DNA of 63,497 nt, filler included, from Choristocarpus tenellus KU-1152 (GCA_964200185.2; 9 parts of 9 records of this genome joined end to end with filler, not necessarily neighbours in it); one strand, 5' to 3'. Positions 1 to 14,050 are shown, numbered from the whole stretch's first letter. A program made the numbers and translations. Notes: a model not told the origin generated them from the sequence alone.

Positions 1-249
1 ACATTTTCCGAACTCCAAAATGTTTCGGAGTAGGTAAAATGTATACGTTATGAAAGGTGTGTCCGAAACATAGATATTGACACTTCCTAACAAACACGAT
101 AGCCAAAATTTCATCAAAATCACCTTGGAATTTAACCCCCAAATGGACGCGGCTCTACCCTCTAAGATACTTTGGCTCAAAGGATCTTTACGACCAACTC
201 TGTGTCCCACACTGCCATTTCCTACAGTGCTGCATTGGGTTCCACAAAT

Positions 250-508
250 GAGTCAAACCAATTAAGAGAGGCAGGTTTGGACCCTTTTGCCTTCTAAGCC
301 ATCTTTCTCACCCTGTGCAAAACTCTATTTTGTTGCTTTATGCGCTCATTAGTGTGCATAAAATCGATGTTGCACCTTGCCACACACAAAGTGACACAAA
401 AATTTAGTAAAGGCTCTTTCTGCAATGTTACAAAATGATATGTTTTAACCCTTTCTTGGGATCCTTAAAACGCAACCCTGCTGGTCTACCTCTTAGTTGA
501 TTTGACTC
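250..508 (+). mobile_element. MITE family C (~260 bp), complete copy with AAAT TSD; others at 18771-19028 (-), ~19766-20025 (+) and ~36775-37028 (-)
   Basis: TIR GAGTCAAACCAATTAAGAGAGG / CCTCTTAGTTGATTTGACTC, with AAAT at 246-249 and 509-512. Confidence 0.9.
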
Positions 509-525
509 AAATAGAAATGTACGTA

Positions 526-990
526 TCACTCCATATGGTACAGAGAAGCTCTACACTTAAGAGAACTGGATGCGAGTGTATAGAGGTCAGTATCCACTAA
601 GGGCAACTTACTCGCACGCTTTATATCATGAATACATGAGAATCCGCTGCCCAAGAACCTTTTGCTGGGAGAACTTACTGGTGCTAAACCAGAGGGGAAG
701 AAGGGGGTCCCAGAGAAAAACTGGTGGTGGTGCCTCCAAGACAACCTGAAGACTTTCAGTATCACATCTAATCGAAGGGTTTCCCTTGGAGAAGATTTTG
801 GAATTTCTAAAGATGATAAGGAACCTCACACTTTCAACGCTGAATGTGATGAAACAGATGAAACAGATGGCACAGAAGTGAAGAGGATGGAGCAAAGATA
901 CTTCACAGGTTTCTGGCGTGTTGCCAAGGTCAAAGCAACCACAAGCCATCGCCTCTACTGGCCTTGGCCAACCACAATGCGTGATAATGT
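526..990 (+). mobile_element. RTE-clade LINE 3' remnant
   Basis: PLPKNLLLGELTGAKPEGKKGVPEKNWWWCLQDNLKTFSI matches the post-RT RLPK..LFGEL..GRP..W..CL.DL..F.I motif. Confidence 0.7.
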
Positions 991-2796
991 CTCCTCAGGT
1001 TCTCTTTTTTCGTTTTTGAGGGGAACTAGATTTCCTTTGCCCAACCCAAGTAAGATCTTGGTATTGATGGTAGTAGGTTGGATCTAGCAGGGGTAAGGAC
1101 CATTAGCGCAGATTCTGCTCTGAAGCGTGTATGGACATGTCCCCCTTCTTGAACCGATTATGGTTCTTGAACTTCCCTCTGTGGATTTGCCTTTTTGAGC
1201 TTTCATTTCTATCTAGTTCTCTTTATGGTAGATGGTACTACCTCTTTTTTGCTCTCTTCGGCATCACCTTTGTGACTCTAGGTCCAAGCATGCTCTATGA
1301 TGCTTCCTCCTTGACAATACCTACCAATTGTTACCCTTTCAAGCACTACAGAGTATACTTTGAGCTTGTGTGATGATCAAACCAAATTTGATAGGATAAA
1401 CATGGTTCATACCACCTCATAATGATAGATAATTATATTGCTTACAAGGGCATATAATGTCTACAACCCATTAACAATTCCCAGCACTACCCTGAATTGT
1501 AGATGATTGAGATAAGAAAAGCAAGGCCTTGATCAACTGGTACAAAGCTAAAGGTAACCGAAAGTTAGAACCAAGAAAAACTGTCAACCCCTTGCAGAAG
1601 CACCATATCTACCTGAGAGGCTACCAAACAAATTCTATCATGCACAGACCTACATGATATTCTAAGTTTGTTGCTATGCGAATACCTGTGCAAGGTCTAA
1701 TACAAAAATGAGTGCCACCATTATTAAGTCAGTGTGTAAAAATGAACTAATCCTACATAAATGCATACTCTCAATAGGACATTGCTATGTTGTCTTCACC
1801 TGTCACACATGAATAGTTAACTTAATCCATTTGCTCCCTCAAGTGATAAGCTGGAGGAATGGATTGTTACGTATGCCTGTTAAATTGGCACTTGAAAATG
1901 TGTTGTATGTTTCCGGAGTGCCCTACCATCAATCATGCGAACATTTTTAGGTGCACAACATTATCATCCTGTCACAGTAAGACGTCCTTTTATACACTTG
2001 ACATTGATGATATGAACTAGCTAACCCTGAATGAGTTTCGCTCCCTGTATATTTGTAAGAGCCTCCACCATCTCAGAAACACACCCCAACTACCCCCCCC
2101 TCATTTATAAAGCATCAGACTTGCAGATGATGAATTAGGTGGTGGTGAGGGCAACAGGTAGCGTACCTTCCCCTCATTCAACCAACTCACACATCGCCCT
2201 ACCCATGCCAAATAAATGAACCCTGGCTTCACACACAAAATCGGACCACTGCAGGTAAACCGCACTACTTTCACATCAAGTGAAGAGTAGGAAAAAGGGA
2301 GGAGAATCAAGAAAGAGATGAAAAAGAGCCAGCACCTCGTCAGGAGCAACAAAACTACATTGGGGCCCCTGCTGGGGGTAAACTAGAGCAACATTCAAGA
2401 AAATACTGGAACCAAAAGTTGGTCCTTCATACCCAGAACTCTAGCATAATAGTTTCCCTTCCTCCTTAGCCCTTCCTCAAGGCAGACATGCCCGTTCATG
2501 CTTCCACCAGCATGCCACCTCTTTGCATTGTCCTTCCCATATGCAAGCTTTGTGCAACACAGCTCCACAGCTATCTACCAGGGATGAGCGGATATGGAGA
2601 TCAACAAAGTTTCTTTTCATCAAAAATCCTCAGATATCTTTGAGGTGTGGGAGAGGGGTGCATGCTGCTTTTTATGTCGGGGAGGATAATAGAGTTGAGG
2701 ACTCTGCCAATTGGAAGGAAGAGTGGGAACATGCTAGTGTGCGTTTTTTCTGTGTTGCAGGACCTTCCACTCCAAGGACCCATCCGTATCCCATCA

Positions 2797-4116
2797 CTAG
2801 CTGTCACTGATCTCAATCCTGCTACCCCTCCGGATTTGACCCCAGCCAATGAGACGCCAATGCTGCACAAGTAGAGTAAGAGGTAATGGCAAGCATCAGG
2901 TAGGGGACAGGTGGGGGGGGTAAGGACAAAAGAAAATCGGAAGGTTATTAGAGGCATGACCTATACTATGTTACATTTATATATTCAAGTTGGGCAGGTG
3001 GAGAGACCTCAAAGAGGAGACCATTTTCAAGGCAAAATTGGGCCTCACAGACATGGAGTGGGAAACAGCACAGTCAGTAACTGAAGTCTTATCCTATCAA
3101 GCACTCCAGAGTACTCAACTTAGGGCAACACCAATTCCATACTCTTTTTAGTAGGCCATCCACCCTTGTCAAGTACACCAACTGTACATCAATAGTTAAC
3201 CTATTAAATGCTTTGATATCGTATGCCTTGACAAGTGGAGTAAAATGTTCTTGTCCACCAGTACCATCGCCACGCGTCTCAATTTGAAGAGACATTTCTC
3301 ATGAAGTGATTGCCCTATAAAACTACATGCACAACACTACAACCATAATTTGCTCACTGCACGGCACTTACCTTGTCCACACGGCGTGACAGGGCAATCT
3401 TTTCCCCCTCTTGAGTACACACAGGCTGGGTTAGCAAGATCTTAGCCAGGTCCTGCCAAAAGTGACAGCCATAATGCAAGGAAGAGTCAGCGCTGCTGGG
3501 TACAAGAGGAGTAAGTGGTTCCCCAATGGTGAAGCACTCAGAATACTTCATATCTCAGTAATTGCCATTTCATGCAAGTACACACATGTACACAAATACA
3601 ACATGTTACCCCAAACATCAGGCACCAAACAAGCATCTCTTGCCTTAACAGCACCTTGAGGTTCCACATACCTGCTTCACAGCGAGCACCTTGCCTCCTG
3701 ATGCCGTGGACCCAATGTTCACCATGAGAATTTCCTGCTTCTGCAACTTTTGGACCTGTTTCAAAGATTATTTGGGTGCATTCCACCAAAAAAAATTAAA
3801 AGGGATAAAAAAAACACACATGGAAAATCATATGGAGTCACTTCAATAAAAAGTACCTGTCATAAGAGTAACACCAGTGTCTCGTACACATTGAAGTCCA
3901 ATGAAGCTAGTAGGCACAATGACACCCCTTACAAAACAAAGACACAATTACAAAGGCAGGCACTCAAATCTCACTCAGAACGTTAGTACCTGCCAAGGAA
4001 ACTAAGGCGAGTATTACAATTCTATATTTTACACAAATTCACACCTTGGCCTGCTTTCCCCCCTCCTGTGTCTTTACCCCAAGAAGTCGCCTAAGCAAGT
4101 AGAAGCTGATCTCCAC
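2797..4116 (-). CDS. EIF2S3: Eukaryotic translation initiation factor 2 subunit gamma, 3' part. Exons 4116-4045, 3755-3672, 3452-3372, 2862-2797; 5' exons lost at the linker gap.
   Basis: Four phase-0 AG/GT-bounded exons splice to [100 protein letters not shown], the highly conserved eIF2-gamma domain III/C-terminus. Confidence 0.97.
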
Positions 4117-4119
4117 CTG

Positions 4120-4219
4120 NNNNNNNNNNNNNNNNNNNNNNNNNNNNNNNNNNNNNNNNNNNNTTAATTAATTAANNNNNNNNNNNNNNNNNNNNNNNNN
4201 NNNNNNNNNNNNNNNNNNN
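4120..4219. other. Artificial 100-bp linker N44-TTAATTAATTAA-N44; also at 7341, 21792, 30369, 40060, 43283, 52566 and 60242, plus a short N9 gap at 40602
   Basis: Identical length each time, with a palindromic all-frame-stop core. Confidence 0.98.
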
Positions 4220-4439
4220 GTGTCCGGAACAAGGATACTGACACTTCCTAACAAATATGACGGATAAAATTACATGGAAATCGCAACATTGGATTTCGGC
4301 CCCCGAATGGACGCGGCCCTACCCTCTAAGATACTTTGAATCTGTTTTGTTTTACAAGAGTCGCATTGTTTGTTATGTTTCGTCTGTTTTCCTTTGAGAC
4401 TACCCCTATGATCAGTGTTCAGTGACGAGTCTATCACAG

Positions 4440-6527
4440 TGTTAGGGGATGAATTCCCTCCAGAACCCAAGACTGCAATCAATAACTGCACACAGTTCTC
4501 CTGAAGGTGATTTATAGGATGGATCTAGAGCAGAAGAGATGTCTGGTTTGTTGTTAGGACGGCAGTTGGGTGGAGGCCATGTTACTCCCTGGATGCAGGG
4601 AACTTTACACGAAATAGATTCACTAGCAGAAGAATTTGGTAAGGTAGTGAGATACAGGGTGTGTTTAGTAGCAACCGAATTTTCATGAGACTAAAGGATT
4701 TAGATTACCTGTGATACCTTTGAGCTGACAACATGGCTTGTACATTTAAGGATGATTTTTGGCACTAGGTGCAGGCAAGGATTCATGCATTGGGATGGGA
4801 AGCAAATTTTTATTAGAGCAGAAATGAAAAAGGAAATATTTGTTCGTCTATGCGATGGTGTGGTACATGGTCAGGAAAGATTGTGCGTTTGGTGAAAGCT
4901 CTTCATGGCACAAAACAGGCTACCAGGGAGTTGAACATTTTGTTGCAATTTTTTGGTGCACGTTTTGGAACAACCTCTTTTTTAGCAATGCAGAGCAGAG
5001 ACCCCTGTGTGTTACACTATGTAAGAGGTGGCGTTGTTTGTCCTGTGATAGCCCCTCGCATTGATAATCTTAGGGTAGCTGATATAAACGATGTTTTGGT
5101 TTGGGTTTGTTCCAGGATTCCAGGATTAAGGAGCAGTTTTCTATACAAGATTTTGGTGACCTTGACTACTAAATGTATATGGGTTGTGAGATTTCACGTG
5201 ACAGAATTGCAAAGACAGTCAGTCAGCATCAGTGAAATCAAGTGTGTTAAGGGCGTTTGTCAAAGATTTGGTATGGATGGGGCAAAGAAGACGGCGGTAC
5301 CCCATGGTTTCTCAAGGACTTTAGACAAGAGTGAGGATCATCCAAGTGTTGATGAAAACACACCGTACAGAGAGGCAGTTGGTGGTTTGATGTGGGCAGC
5401 TGTTACGGCAAGGTTAGACTTTGCAGATGCAGTTGGTGAGGTTGCCAAGTACAGTAGTAACCCCAAAGTCACACATTGGCGTGCAGTTGAGTGTATTTTT
5501 GCATATTTGAATACGTGTCCCAGTGTTGGATTGAGTTTGGTGGTTTTAATACTGAGTGTGAGTTGAGTGCATATGCTGATGCTAGTTACGCTGGCTGGGC
5601 TGAGACTGTAATGATCATAGAGCAGTGACTGGAGGAGAAATAATGTTTGCCGGAGGAACAATATCTTGGATTATGTCAAAGGTTCAAGAGGTTGTAGCTC
5701 TGTCTTCAACGGCGAGTAGTGGGTATATAGCCCTTAGTGGTGTGGCAGAGGGATTGCTTTTCTTGAGAAGCGTTTTTGAGTTTATTCTATTCAGCCACAG
5801 GTTTCTAGACGTTGAATTGACGTGTTCGAGGACAATGATGGTGCATGCAAACTAGTATGAAATGCCACAAGCTCTACTAGAACAAAGCACACTGCTGTCT
5901 GGCACCGTTATTTGAGGGACTTAGCTAGAGAGGAAGAGATTTGTGTCAATTCTTGTTGGTACTGCAAACCACAGGGCAGATGCGTTGACTAAGAATTTGC
6001 CAGTAAGAGGTTTTAGACATGTAAAGTTTTGATGAACGTACAGAAGGATAACATGTGTGTAGTATTTTTTTTGTGATTGTTTGAGAGTTAATGCTGGTTT
6101 TCAGCAAGGGGAGGATGTCAAATATCCTAGTGTTATCCTTATATTTTTATGTTCTGATACAAGTATGTAACATAGTTTCATGTATGTTTATCTTTAGTTG
6201 GGTACAATACTACTATATAGTATGGTACATGGCGATATGATGGGTCAGTATTTGGTCATATCTCAGAGATAATTGATGGCTAAGACAAAGGCCCAACTGA
6301 TGATAACTAATATTAAGTGTATGTTCACCATGCACCTCAACCAGCGGGTTTGGGCAACGAGCCTAACATGCGCTAAACTATTCAACAACTCTTGGCATAG
6401 TAGACTTTTGTTCACCAGGTACACCTACTATTGTTTAGGTCGATTTCTTGCCAAACAAGGCCACCAAGAGTCAGTAACAGAAGGATAAAGTAGAGAGGTT
6501 GTGTCTGGGAGCAAAGGCTTACTGACA
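4440..6527 (+). mobile_element. Degenerate Ty1/Copia LTR retrotransposon: RT, RNase H, PPT and probable 3' LTR (~6116-6527)
   Basis: Motifs RLVKALHGTKQA, PYREAVGGLMW, ADASYAG, SKVQEVVALSST, EDNDGA, RTKH and ADALTK occur across frameshifts and stops. The purine tract AAGGGGAGGA is followed by TGTCA at 6116, and TGACA ends at 6527 (LTR end tentative). Confidence 0.9.
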
Positions 6528-9162
6528 TGCAGTGCCCATGGGTTGGTTGGTTTCCATTGTTTTTTTGCTTGATGATATTCTTAGGGTATGAGGTCCCGGA
6601 AGATTATGGTTGATGAGAATAAAAGGGCGATAATAAGAGCCACAGCCTGTGATGCAAGCAGACAAGATGCAAGGTGACGAGCAGACAAGGTTAGTACGGA
6701 GGAGTTGCAAGCAGCAATTGATCAATTAGAGTCAGTTATAGTTATCTATGTTCATTTTGGAGTTATTACAATTTACAACTTACATACAGACACGCAAACA
6801 CATCTGGGTGGACGGATGAAAATCACTTGATCTTTACAAGGTACATTCGTGAGGGGTGCCTAAAATATTGGAAGGCAAATGCTTGTCTTTCCTCGAGAGA
6901 TTTTTTTTCTTCTCCCCATAGGAGACCGGGAAAAACCCCTGCCCTACGCTTATTGAACGTGTCAGTTACCTGCAATCGGCCTGACCCCAGTATTTTGTTG
7001 GGTTTCCCCTTCATCCTACTGGTAGGGGTAGGCACCAAGGACACGCTATTATGCCCCAGATAGTGTCAGAATTTAACAAACTAAAACCGGTTGTTGAAAC
7101 AGCAGCAGCAGGTCAGAAGCAACACTTCACCTAGACCGCTGATGACGGGGGGGATTGACTGGTGCATCATTTTGACACCCCTGCTTCACTGACGTTGCAG
7201 CTCATGCAGTGCAACCTTTTGTTGCTTACTTGCTTGAGACCTCTTATCTTTGAGGTGCAGCAGCAAGGCTTAGGAGGAATCCTTTGTCCTTGTCAGCCTG
7301 CATAGGGGGGGGGGCAGTGAATTTTCCAACACACATGCCTNNNNNNNNNNNNNNNNNNNNNNNNNNNNNNNNNNNNNNNNNNNNTTAATTAATTAANNNN
7401 NNNNNNNNNNNNNNNNNNNNNNNNNNNNNNNNNNNNNNNNCGTGATGATGGGCACACTTTGCGAAATGATACCCTCCCACAGGGTGAACTAAAGTGGAGG
7501 GGGGGGGGAGGAAACATCCCGTGTAGTTTCCGCATCCACAACAGTCACTCCTCTTGCGAAGAGTTTTGTTAACCACGTCTTCTATCTCTGAGCCACAACC
7601 TCTGTCTGCCATACAGCAAATATGATGCTCAAGAAAATCTCTTCGAGAAGGGGGTCTTCATCCATTCCCAGGTTCTGGAGTTCCAATGGGCGGTAATCAG
7701 CCCCCCCGACTTTCCTGTCTCGCAAAGTATGTATGGTGTCCCTTCACCTCCCCGAACATATGTTCGCAGTGAGGTGTATGTTAGGGAGCAAGAGTTCGAG
7801 GGAGATGATATTGGGATCAAGCTTGACCGATTTAACTGAGAGTAAAGCCTGAAAATGCCTCATCCATCGCTCAACAAAGGTCCTAGTACAGACGTGTGAA
7901 GAGGAATGGAGGCAGTTGACAACAGTGCATAAATACCCAACACTTTTCATGTAGCGATAGCTACTAACCTTTTCCCCCGGACGTTGTGCAGATGGCATCA
8001 GGGGAGAGAGGATAACAAGAAAAAAATAACACAAGTATACACTAAGTACTATCAACAACAGTATATACCTACCTGGAGAATTTACTAAGTACTGCATGTA
8101 TATATGATTGTGGACGGAATAAAGCACTCAAGGGCAAAGAAGTCAACACCGATGGTACGAGTGTGTGGTGTAGGGGTTACGAAAGAGTGGTGTTCCGAGG
8201 AAGCTACGACAGCTGGCGTGTGTCATGCTAAAGCAGCAGCTAAGGCACCTCAAGTAGATCGAGACACAACAAGCACGTTCGCATCTCATCTCAAGTGTTG
8301 TGGGTTAATAATTGATCACCTTGTTCACCTCCCTAACGAGCGACTGAGAGGTTGGATGGATCAGAAATATTATTCTACCATTCAACAGTTATCTCTCTCC
8401 TATGTCAGAGTAGTGCTAGACTTGAGATCCTACCAAAGAGGGAAATGAGTCGTATGTTCGTAGATAGTGCTGCTGATATACTATAAACACCACCAGTGGA
8501 GTAATGGAGGAAAAGTAGTGACAGATAGATGTATGTTTCGGTATATCTTAGTTGAAGTCTGCACATACTGTATCATGTAAGATGCAGTGATTGTACTCTT
8601 TTCTGATTATCCATGTGGACGTTGCAAACCCCTCATGGCAATCAATACTGGTCTTATCCACGTTCTCAGTCAGCGGAATCGAGACCGTAAGGCCCCTTGC
8701 AATATTAACTTTGTTCATCTACATCAAGCTGTTCTTTGTCCTTCATTAAAGCACCATAAAACCCATGGTTCCAGTGTGGGATAGTTCAACATCGTAATTT
8801 TAGTCAATTCTCAGACTTCAAACGTCATGTGGTACGTATCATGGGCGACAAATCGCGTTGTGGATATTGCTGGGGATTCTGTAGCTATCACTCCCCGAGC
8901 TCAATTCACAGAAGAAATGTTAGTCTACCTTTTTGTAAGATGAGGCTATAATAAGGAGCACCGCCTGTCCATAACAACAGGTGTTCAAAATGTCTGTACA
9001 AGTTCTTCTCTAGAGTGTGGATTTTCTCGGCATGCGCCCACAAATGCGTACAATACTAGAAGCTCTATATACTCTGGAGATAAACAGAGGCAGCCAGGGA
9101 TTGAGACGGCCTGGAGGAGAGTACTCTATCAACACTTCGTATCATCAGTCCTATTATGATAT

Positions 9163-9521
9163 GAGTCAAAGTAAACGAGAGGTACCCAGAGTTGCATTTT
9201 AAGGATAATTGTAATATGTACAAATTTGTATTTTTTTACAAATGCATCAAGGATATTTTCTAAATTCTGTAAAAAAGTTTCAAACAATACATAAAACAGC
9301 GCTATCAAGACAAACTTAGTACATCCATAGAATTATGGGTGAATTACACTAGATTGAAAACTGGTTTTAAAATGCAACCGTTTTGGTTTCTCTATTGTTT
9401 GAAACGTTTCGACATAATTCAGAAAATGACCTATACGCATTTGTAAATGTAGCCGAATCTTGTACATGCTTCTCAGCATCCTTAAAATGCAATTCTGAGT
9501 GCCCCTCGTTTACTTTGACTC
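9163..9521. mobile_element. MITE family D (~44-bp TIR); related copies at ~11085-11331 and ~40430-40590
   Basis: GAGTCAAAGTAAACGAGAGGTACCCAGAGTTGCATTTTAAGGAT versus ATCCTTAAAATGCAATTCTGAGTGCCCCTCGTTTACTTTGACTC. Confidence 0.85.
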
Positions 9522-12500
9522 TTTGTTATTTGTTACCGACAATGTTGTGTGACAGGTAGGTGCACTGCTAGGTGTCATAAAAATATAAAACACTGATTCG
9601 AAAATTAAAAGAGTATTGACACACTATTGTAAGGATTTAGAGGAGGCAGATCTCCTTTAAGAGCTTTTGTTGTTGGTCATGAACGTTTCCTGTACCTTGA
9701 GGAGGAATTATTCAATGAAAGAGCTATACATCGTGACACAATTATCCAAATTGGATTAAGCTCTTTGCCTTGAGCATACTCTGATTACCACAATGCTCCG
9801 AAAAAGATATGATTTTCATTGTAAATGTGGAAGAATGCCATGAGTAGTGCATGAGTTTATACCTGGGGCGAAGATCTTACACATGAGTGGAAAACAAAAT
9901 ATTGGTACATAACGCAAAAGAGGCAAACCGATGGGGAGACAGACAGACAGATGCAGAAGATTGATGGTTGTGCATGTGATGGTATCATTCGGTTGTTTAC
10001 ATCGTTTATTCCACACACACACACACACACACACAATCCTGTCGCTATGAAGTGGGTAAGTAACCTTGAAAGAAGAGACCACAGCATAAACCCACAACTG
10101 CATGGCTCATGACATACACACCTTCTTGATTCGAACCTGATAGTTTTGTCGCTATCAAAAATGAAAATAACCTCATAAACAATAGTAAGTTAAGACCCAA
10201 AGTATCTGGGGGGGGGTCTACACCAGGGGGTGTCCATTTGAATCAAAAGCAGGAAAAGTGCACTTATATTATCCATCCGACGTATGCAACCAAATCACCC
10301 AAAAATCGCGACATGAAAAATTGACCCCAACTGGACAGCCTTGGAAAAACACAAGTATTCACAAGGTTGATGCCAGCACACAGTAATTTCTTTTTCGCCA
10401 AGATTAAACTTTGACCAAAGTGAAATTAAAAAAAAATCGTAGAGCACGAAATACTCTGAGGTGGAACAATATCAGAATTTTCTGTTCCTCATAAACTTTC
10501 TTCCCAACGAGGAGCCCAGCAGAAGTAGACTTGGTCTGCCATGGTCTTGTGCGTATGTGCATCCCTTGTGTTGCATGTCTTAGGGCCTTTGAGAGGAAAA
10601 GGTGGAATCACTACAAAGATCGTGTGCAAGTGCTGTGGGTTACCCTTCACTCCCTCTTCACACTTCACCCACGTGGTTTGTCTGTCGACCCGTAATATCC
10701 TAGAGGGGGGTCATGCGTCCATTGGGGGCCTGTGTAACCGTGTAGTGATTTCCATGTCGTATGAGTGAATGTGTCAGATGTTAGGTCATTTTTCTTCATC
10801 TGAACGCACCTTCCTTTTCCATTCTCTTGCCTGAACCAAATTCGAACGAACATCGTCCGCAAAACGGGCATCAAACTGGGGTATCTTACAACATTCCATC
10901 AAGTCCTGAATGGACAACTTAGGCTAAGCACCCCCCCCACTAGGATATTATGACCTCTGTCTGCATTCTCACATGCTACTTGAGATATCGAAATAACACA
11001 ACTATACAGTAGTAGTAGCATTGAGCTTTCGATTATTGAAATATGAAATGTTTCAGGTATTCTTTGCAGTAGTAGTAGTACCAAGGTAATGTAAACGAGA
11101 GGTGCACAGGGTTGCATTCTAACGATGCCAAATGTACTCTTTTTTACTGTACACATACAGATAGGGACTTTTCTGAATTAGGTTGAATTTTTTCAAACTA
11201 TAGGGATATCGATGCTCTCAAGTCAATCTTCGTACTATATTAAAAAAAAAACAGGGTGGATTGCAAAAGATGAAAAAGGTCGCTCAAAATTAAATACGAC
11301 CAAACCTGAGTACCTCTCGTTTATTTTGGCTCACCACCAGTCGAGTCATCACGTTTTGTTACGTTCGTAGTGTTTTTCGTGGTGTTTCGCCACAGAAGGC
11401 ATGGATGAATGCTAAATTTAAAATTTGGCACTTGCTATTTCCTTACTCTGCTCACAAAATGCCCTCATATCTGCTTAGTACAGCTTGTAAGTGCATACAT
11501 CCGCAGCTTTGTGGGTGAGGCGGTGGAACTTTGTGACGTTTTCCTTGCAAAACATCCTTCTTGAATCACTGAGAGTCCAGAACTTGGAGAAATAATAGTG
11601 TGTTCTGCCCACATCCTCAATACAGCAGTCATATGGGGGATTGGTGTCAACGGGAAGAACACTGGGAAATTTCCATTGAGCAGGAATTTTCTGGAGAGGG
11701 CAGTTGTAATGAATGGCAGGAATCTCCACTCGCTCTGCAGTGAACAATGGTACCGTAAATCGTGATCCAGAAGTTTGCAAAAATGAGAAACAGGAGCAGA
11801 AGGATATTGACAACCTCTTTGGTAAGGTTGCAGCAATGTCGGTCAAGGACATGACCAAGTACGTCCTGGAGATAAGAGGTACCGAGATGCAAGGAAGTCG
11901 AATTGCAGGCAGTGTGCTTGCTTTCCAGGAGAAGAGTGTGACTGGGCAAATCACTACTTCGTGAATATGAATAAAGAAGTCACATTTTATGTACTTGACC
12001 ATATTTTCTGTCGACAATGCAAACATGACTATCACTATACAGTACTACTGTACAAGTACTGAGTCCAATAGTAAAACATGTAACATGCTTTTAACAAAAC
12101 CGAGATTTTGCTGTGATTGTTATTACGAAAAAGAAATATATATATGAATAAAGGAAAACAGAAGCATAAGTCAACAAACACAACAAATAATATAGTCATT
12201 GAAAAGAAGAAACTACAGGTAAATAATACGGCACAACAACAGTAGTAGAGGTCTATCATGAACACCACCACAGGAGATGTATTGTATTTGAAAACAAGAA
12301 AGAGAAGACAAGGAAGACAACAATATATTGGAAGGTCACCAACACCTAAAAATACATTAGGATATACTTATAATCTGAACACACATAATATAGTATACAC
12401 TGTTTGTAGTGCTGAATATAATATGCCCTCTAATATTTAGAAAATGTTCTCAGGGAAAAGACAACGACCTAACGACACTTCGTACGTTATTCAATCCAGA

Positions 12501-12716
12501 GATAAAATAAAACGCTTTCTTCCACTCATTTTCACGTAACGTACTTTTTTGCACATCATTTTGTCATGGATAAAATTAGTATTAGTATCACTTTTTTATC
12601 GGGGTTAATTCTACTTTTTGTTTGCAGAATGTATTTTTTAATGCATCTATAAAAATATTGTTTCAAAATTTGAAATCGCTAAACGATATTATTCACAAGA
12701 CGATTAATAAATTATG

Positions 12717-13480
12717 AGGAATGAGCATCCCTTCCTTGCACTATGGAAGATGGTAGCCCATTCACAGTGGACCGAAATTTCCGCATGGATATGGTCTTCC
12801 ATGCTGAGGCACTTGCGGACGCCGGATCAGCTCCCTACTAGGACAAAGGCCTCGTCCTTGGATGTTACGTTTGCAGAAGTGCAAGCATTCTCCTATCTGC
12901 CCCACTCATCCACCAGTAATGGTGTACCTGCTGCTGCAGTTGAGGCTCCAAAACGCACCCACTATGGGGGTTCTTTTGACGCTCATAGTTCAACCTCAAC
13001 ACCTCTTTGCGGTGGAATTTGCTTTGGGCGTCTCGGTAAGCAAGTGAAAAGTTTTCTGGGTGAGTTGGCTACACACAGGGTAGGAGGGAGAGGGGCAGGA
13101 GGCTACAACAACAGGAAAGGAGTTGTCAAATCTCGTTTACGACAGATAGTCTCAGTCACAACACAAATGGCTCTATCAGTACGTGTCATGCGTTTTAAGC
13201 TGGAGACATCAGGGAGATGGGCAAGGAGGGGCCCATCAGGTTATTGGGATGCTTCCCTATGCTGTAGGGCTAAGCTAGGTTGGAGGCATAGGAGGGGAGT
13301 GGTGTAGCATAGCTGGTAGACAAGTAGTAAATACTCCAGTAGATTTTAGAAAGATATATTTCATATTTTCGATAACTGTGACTTTTTCAGGGGTTCTTAT
13401 GATATCGAATTGACTTTTTATTGGCTTTTCATTGGCTTTTCCTTTGACACATCTCCAAAATGTCAAAGGTATAATAATAT
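12717..13480 (+). mobile_element. CRE 3' fragment (RLE region, 3' UTR, TAA tail)
   Basis: Collinear with 33395-32662: FGRLGKQ..FLGELATHRVGGRGAGGY..KGVVKSRLRQIVSVTTQ. Confidence 0.88.
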
Positions 13481-13819
13481 ATATTAATCAATTATTACAG
13501 ATTACAGATTACGAATTATTACTTTACAGGTCGAAATATTAAATATAATAGTTAATTGATAACGATGGTAGTACATCCATATATATATATTGATTAATAT
13601 GAAACCTGCTTAACCAAATGCTTCTCCCTTGTCCAAAACAAAGTTTGAAGCAGTATTTTATGCGTACTGATATTTTTATTATTACGCCCTTTAACATTTT
13701 TCAGATCTGTCACAAGAAACAACGATGAAAAAACCCAATTCAACATCACAAGAACCCCTGAAAAAGTAACAGTTGTGGTAAACATGTAAGATATATTTCA
13801 ATCATCTATTTACTATTTG

Positions 13820-14050
13820 ACTACCAGCTATGCTACACCAGTCCCCTCCTATGCCTCCAACCTAGCTTAGTCCTGGACCCCATGGTGAGGAGCTAGGGAA
13901 GTATTCCAAGAATCTGATAGGCCCCTCCTTGCCCATCTCTCTGTGGTGTCTTAAACTTAAAACGCATAACACGTCTTGATAGAGTCACTTGTGTTGTGAC
14001 AAACACTATCTGTCGTAAACGGGATTTGACAGCTCCTTTCTTGCTGTAAC
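13820..14050 (-). mobile_element. CRE 3' fragment, inverted relative to 12717-13480
   Basis: KGAVKSRLRQIVFVTTQVTLSRRVMRFK; 13820-13870 is a near-exact reverse complement of 13270-13320. Confidence 0.85.

Noticed and set aside
4164-4175. Recurrent TTAATTAATTAA palindrome
   Set aside because: It is always centred in a 100-bp N run, so it is an assembly linker and not biological.
7441-7500. 60-bp match to 37423-37482
   Set aside because: A real but short fragment of an unclassified repeat, too small to assign.
11475-12035. 186-aa minus-strand ORF
   Set aside because: No recognisable motif; it looks like the antisense of a decayed frame.
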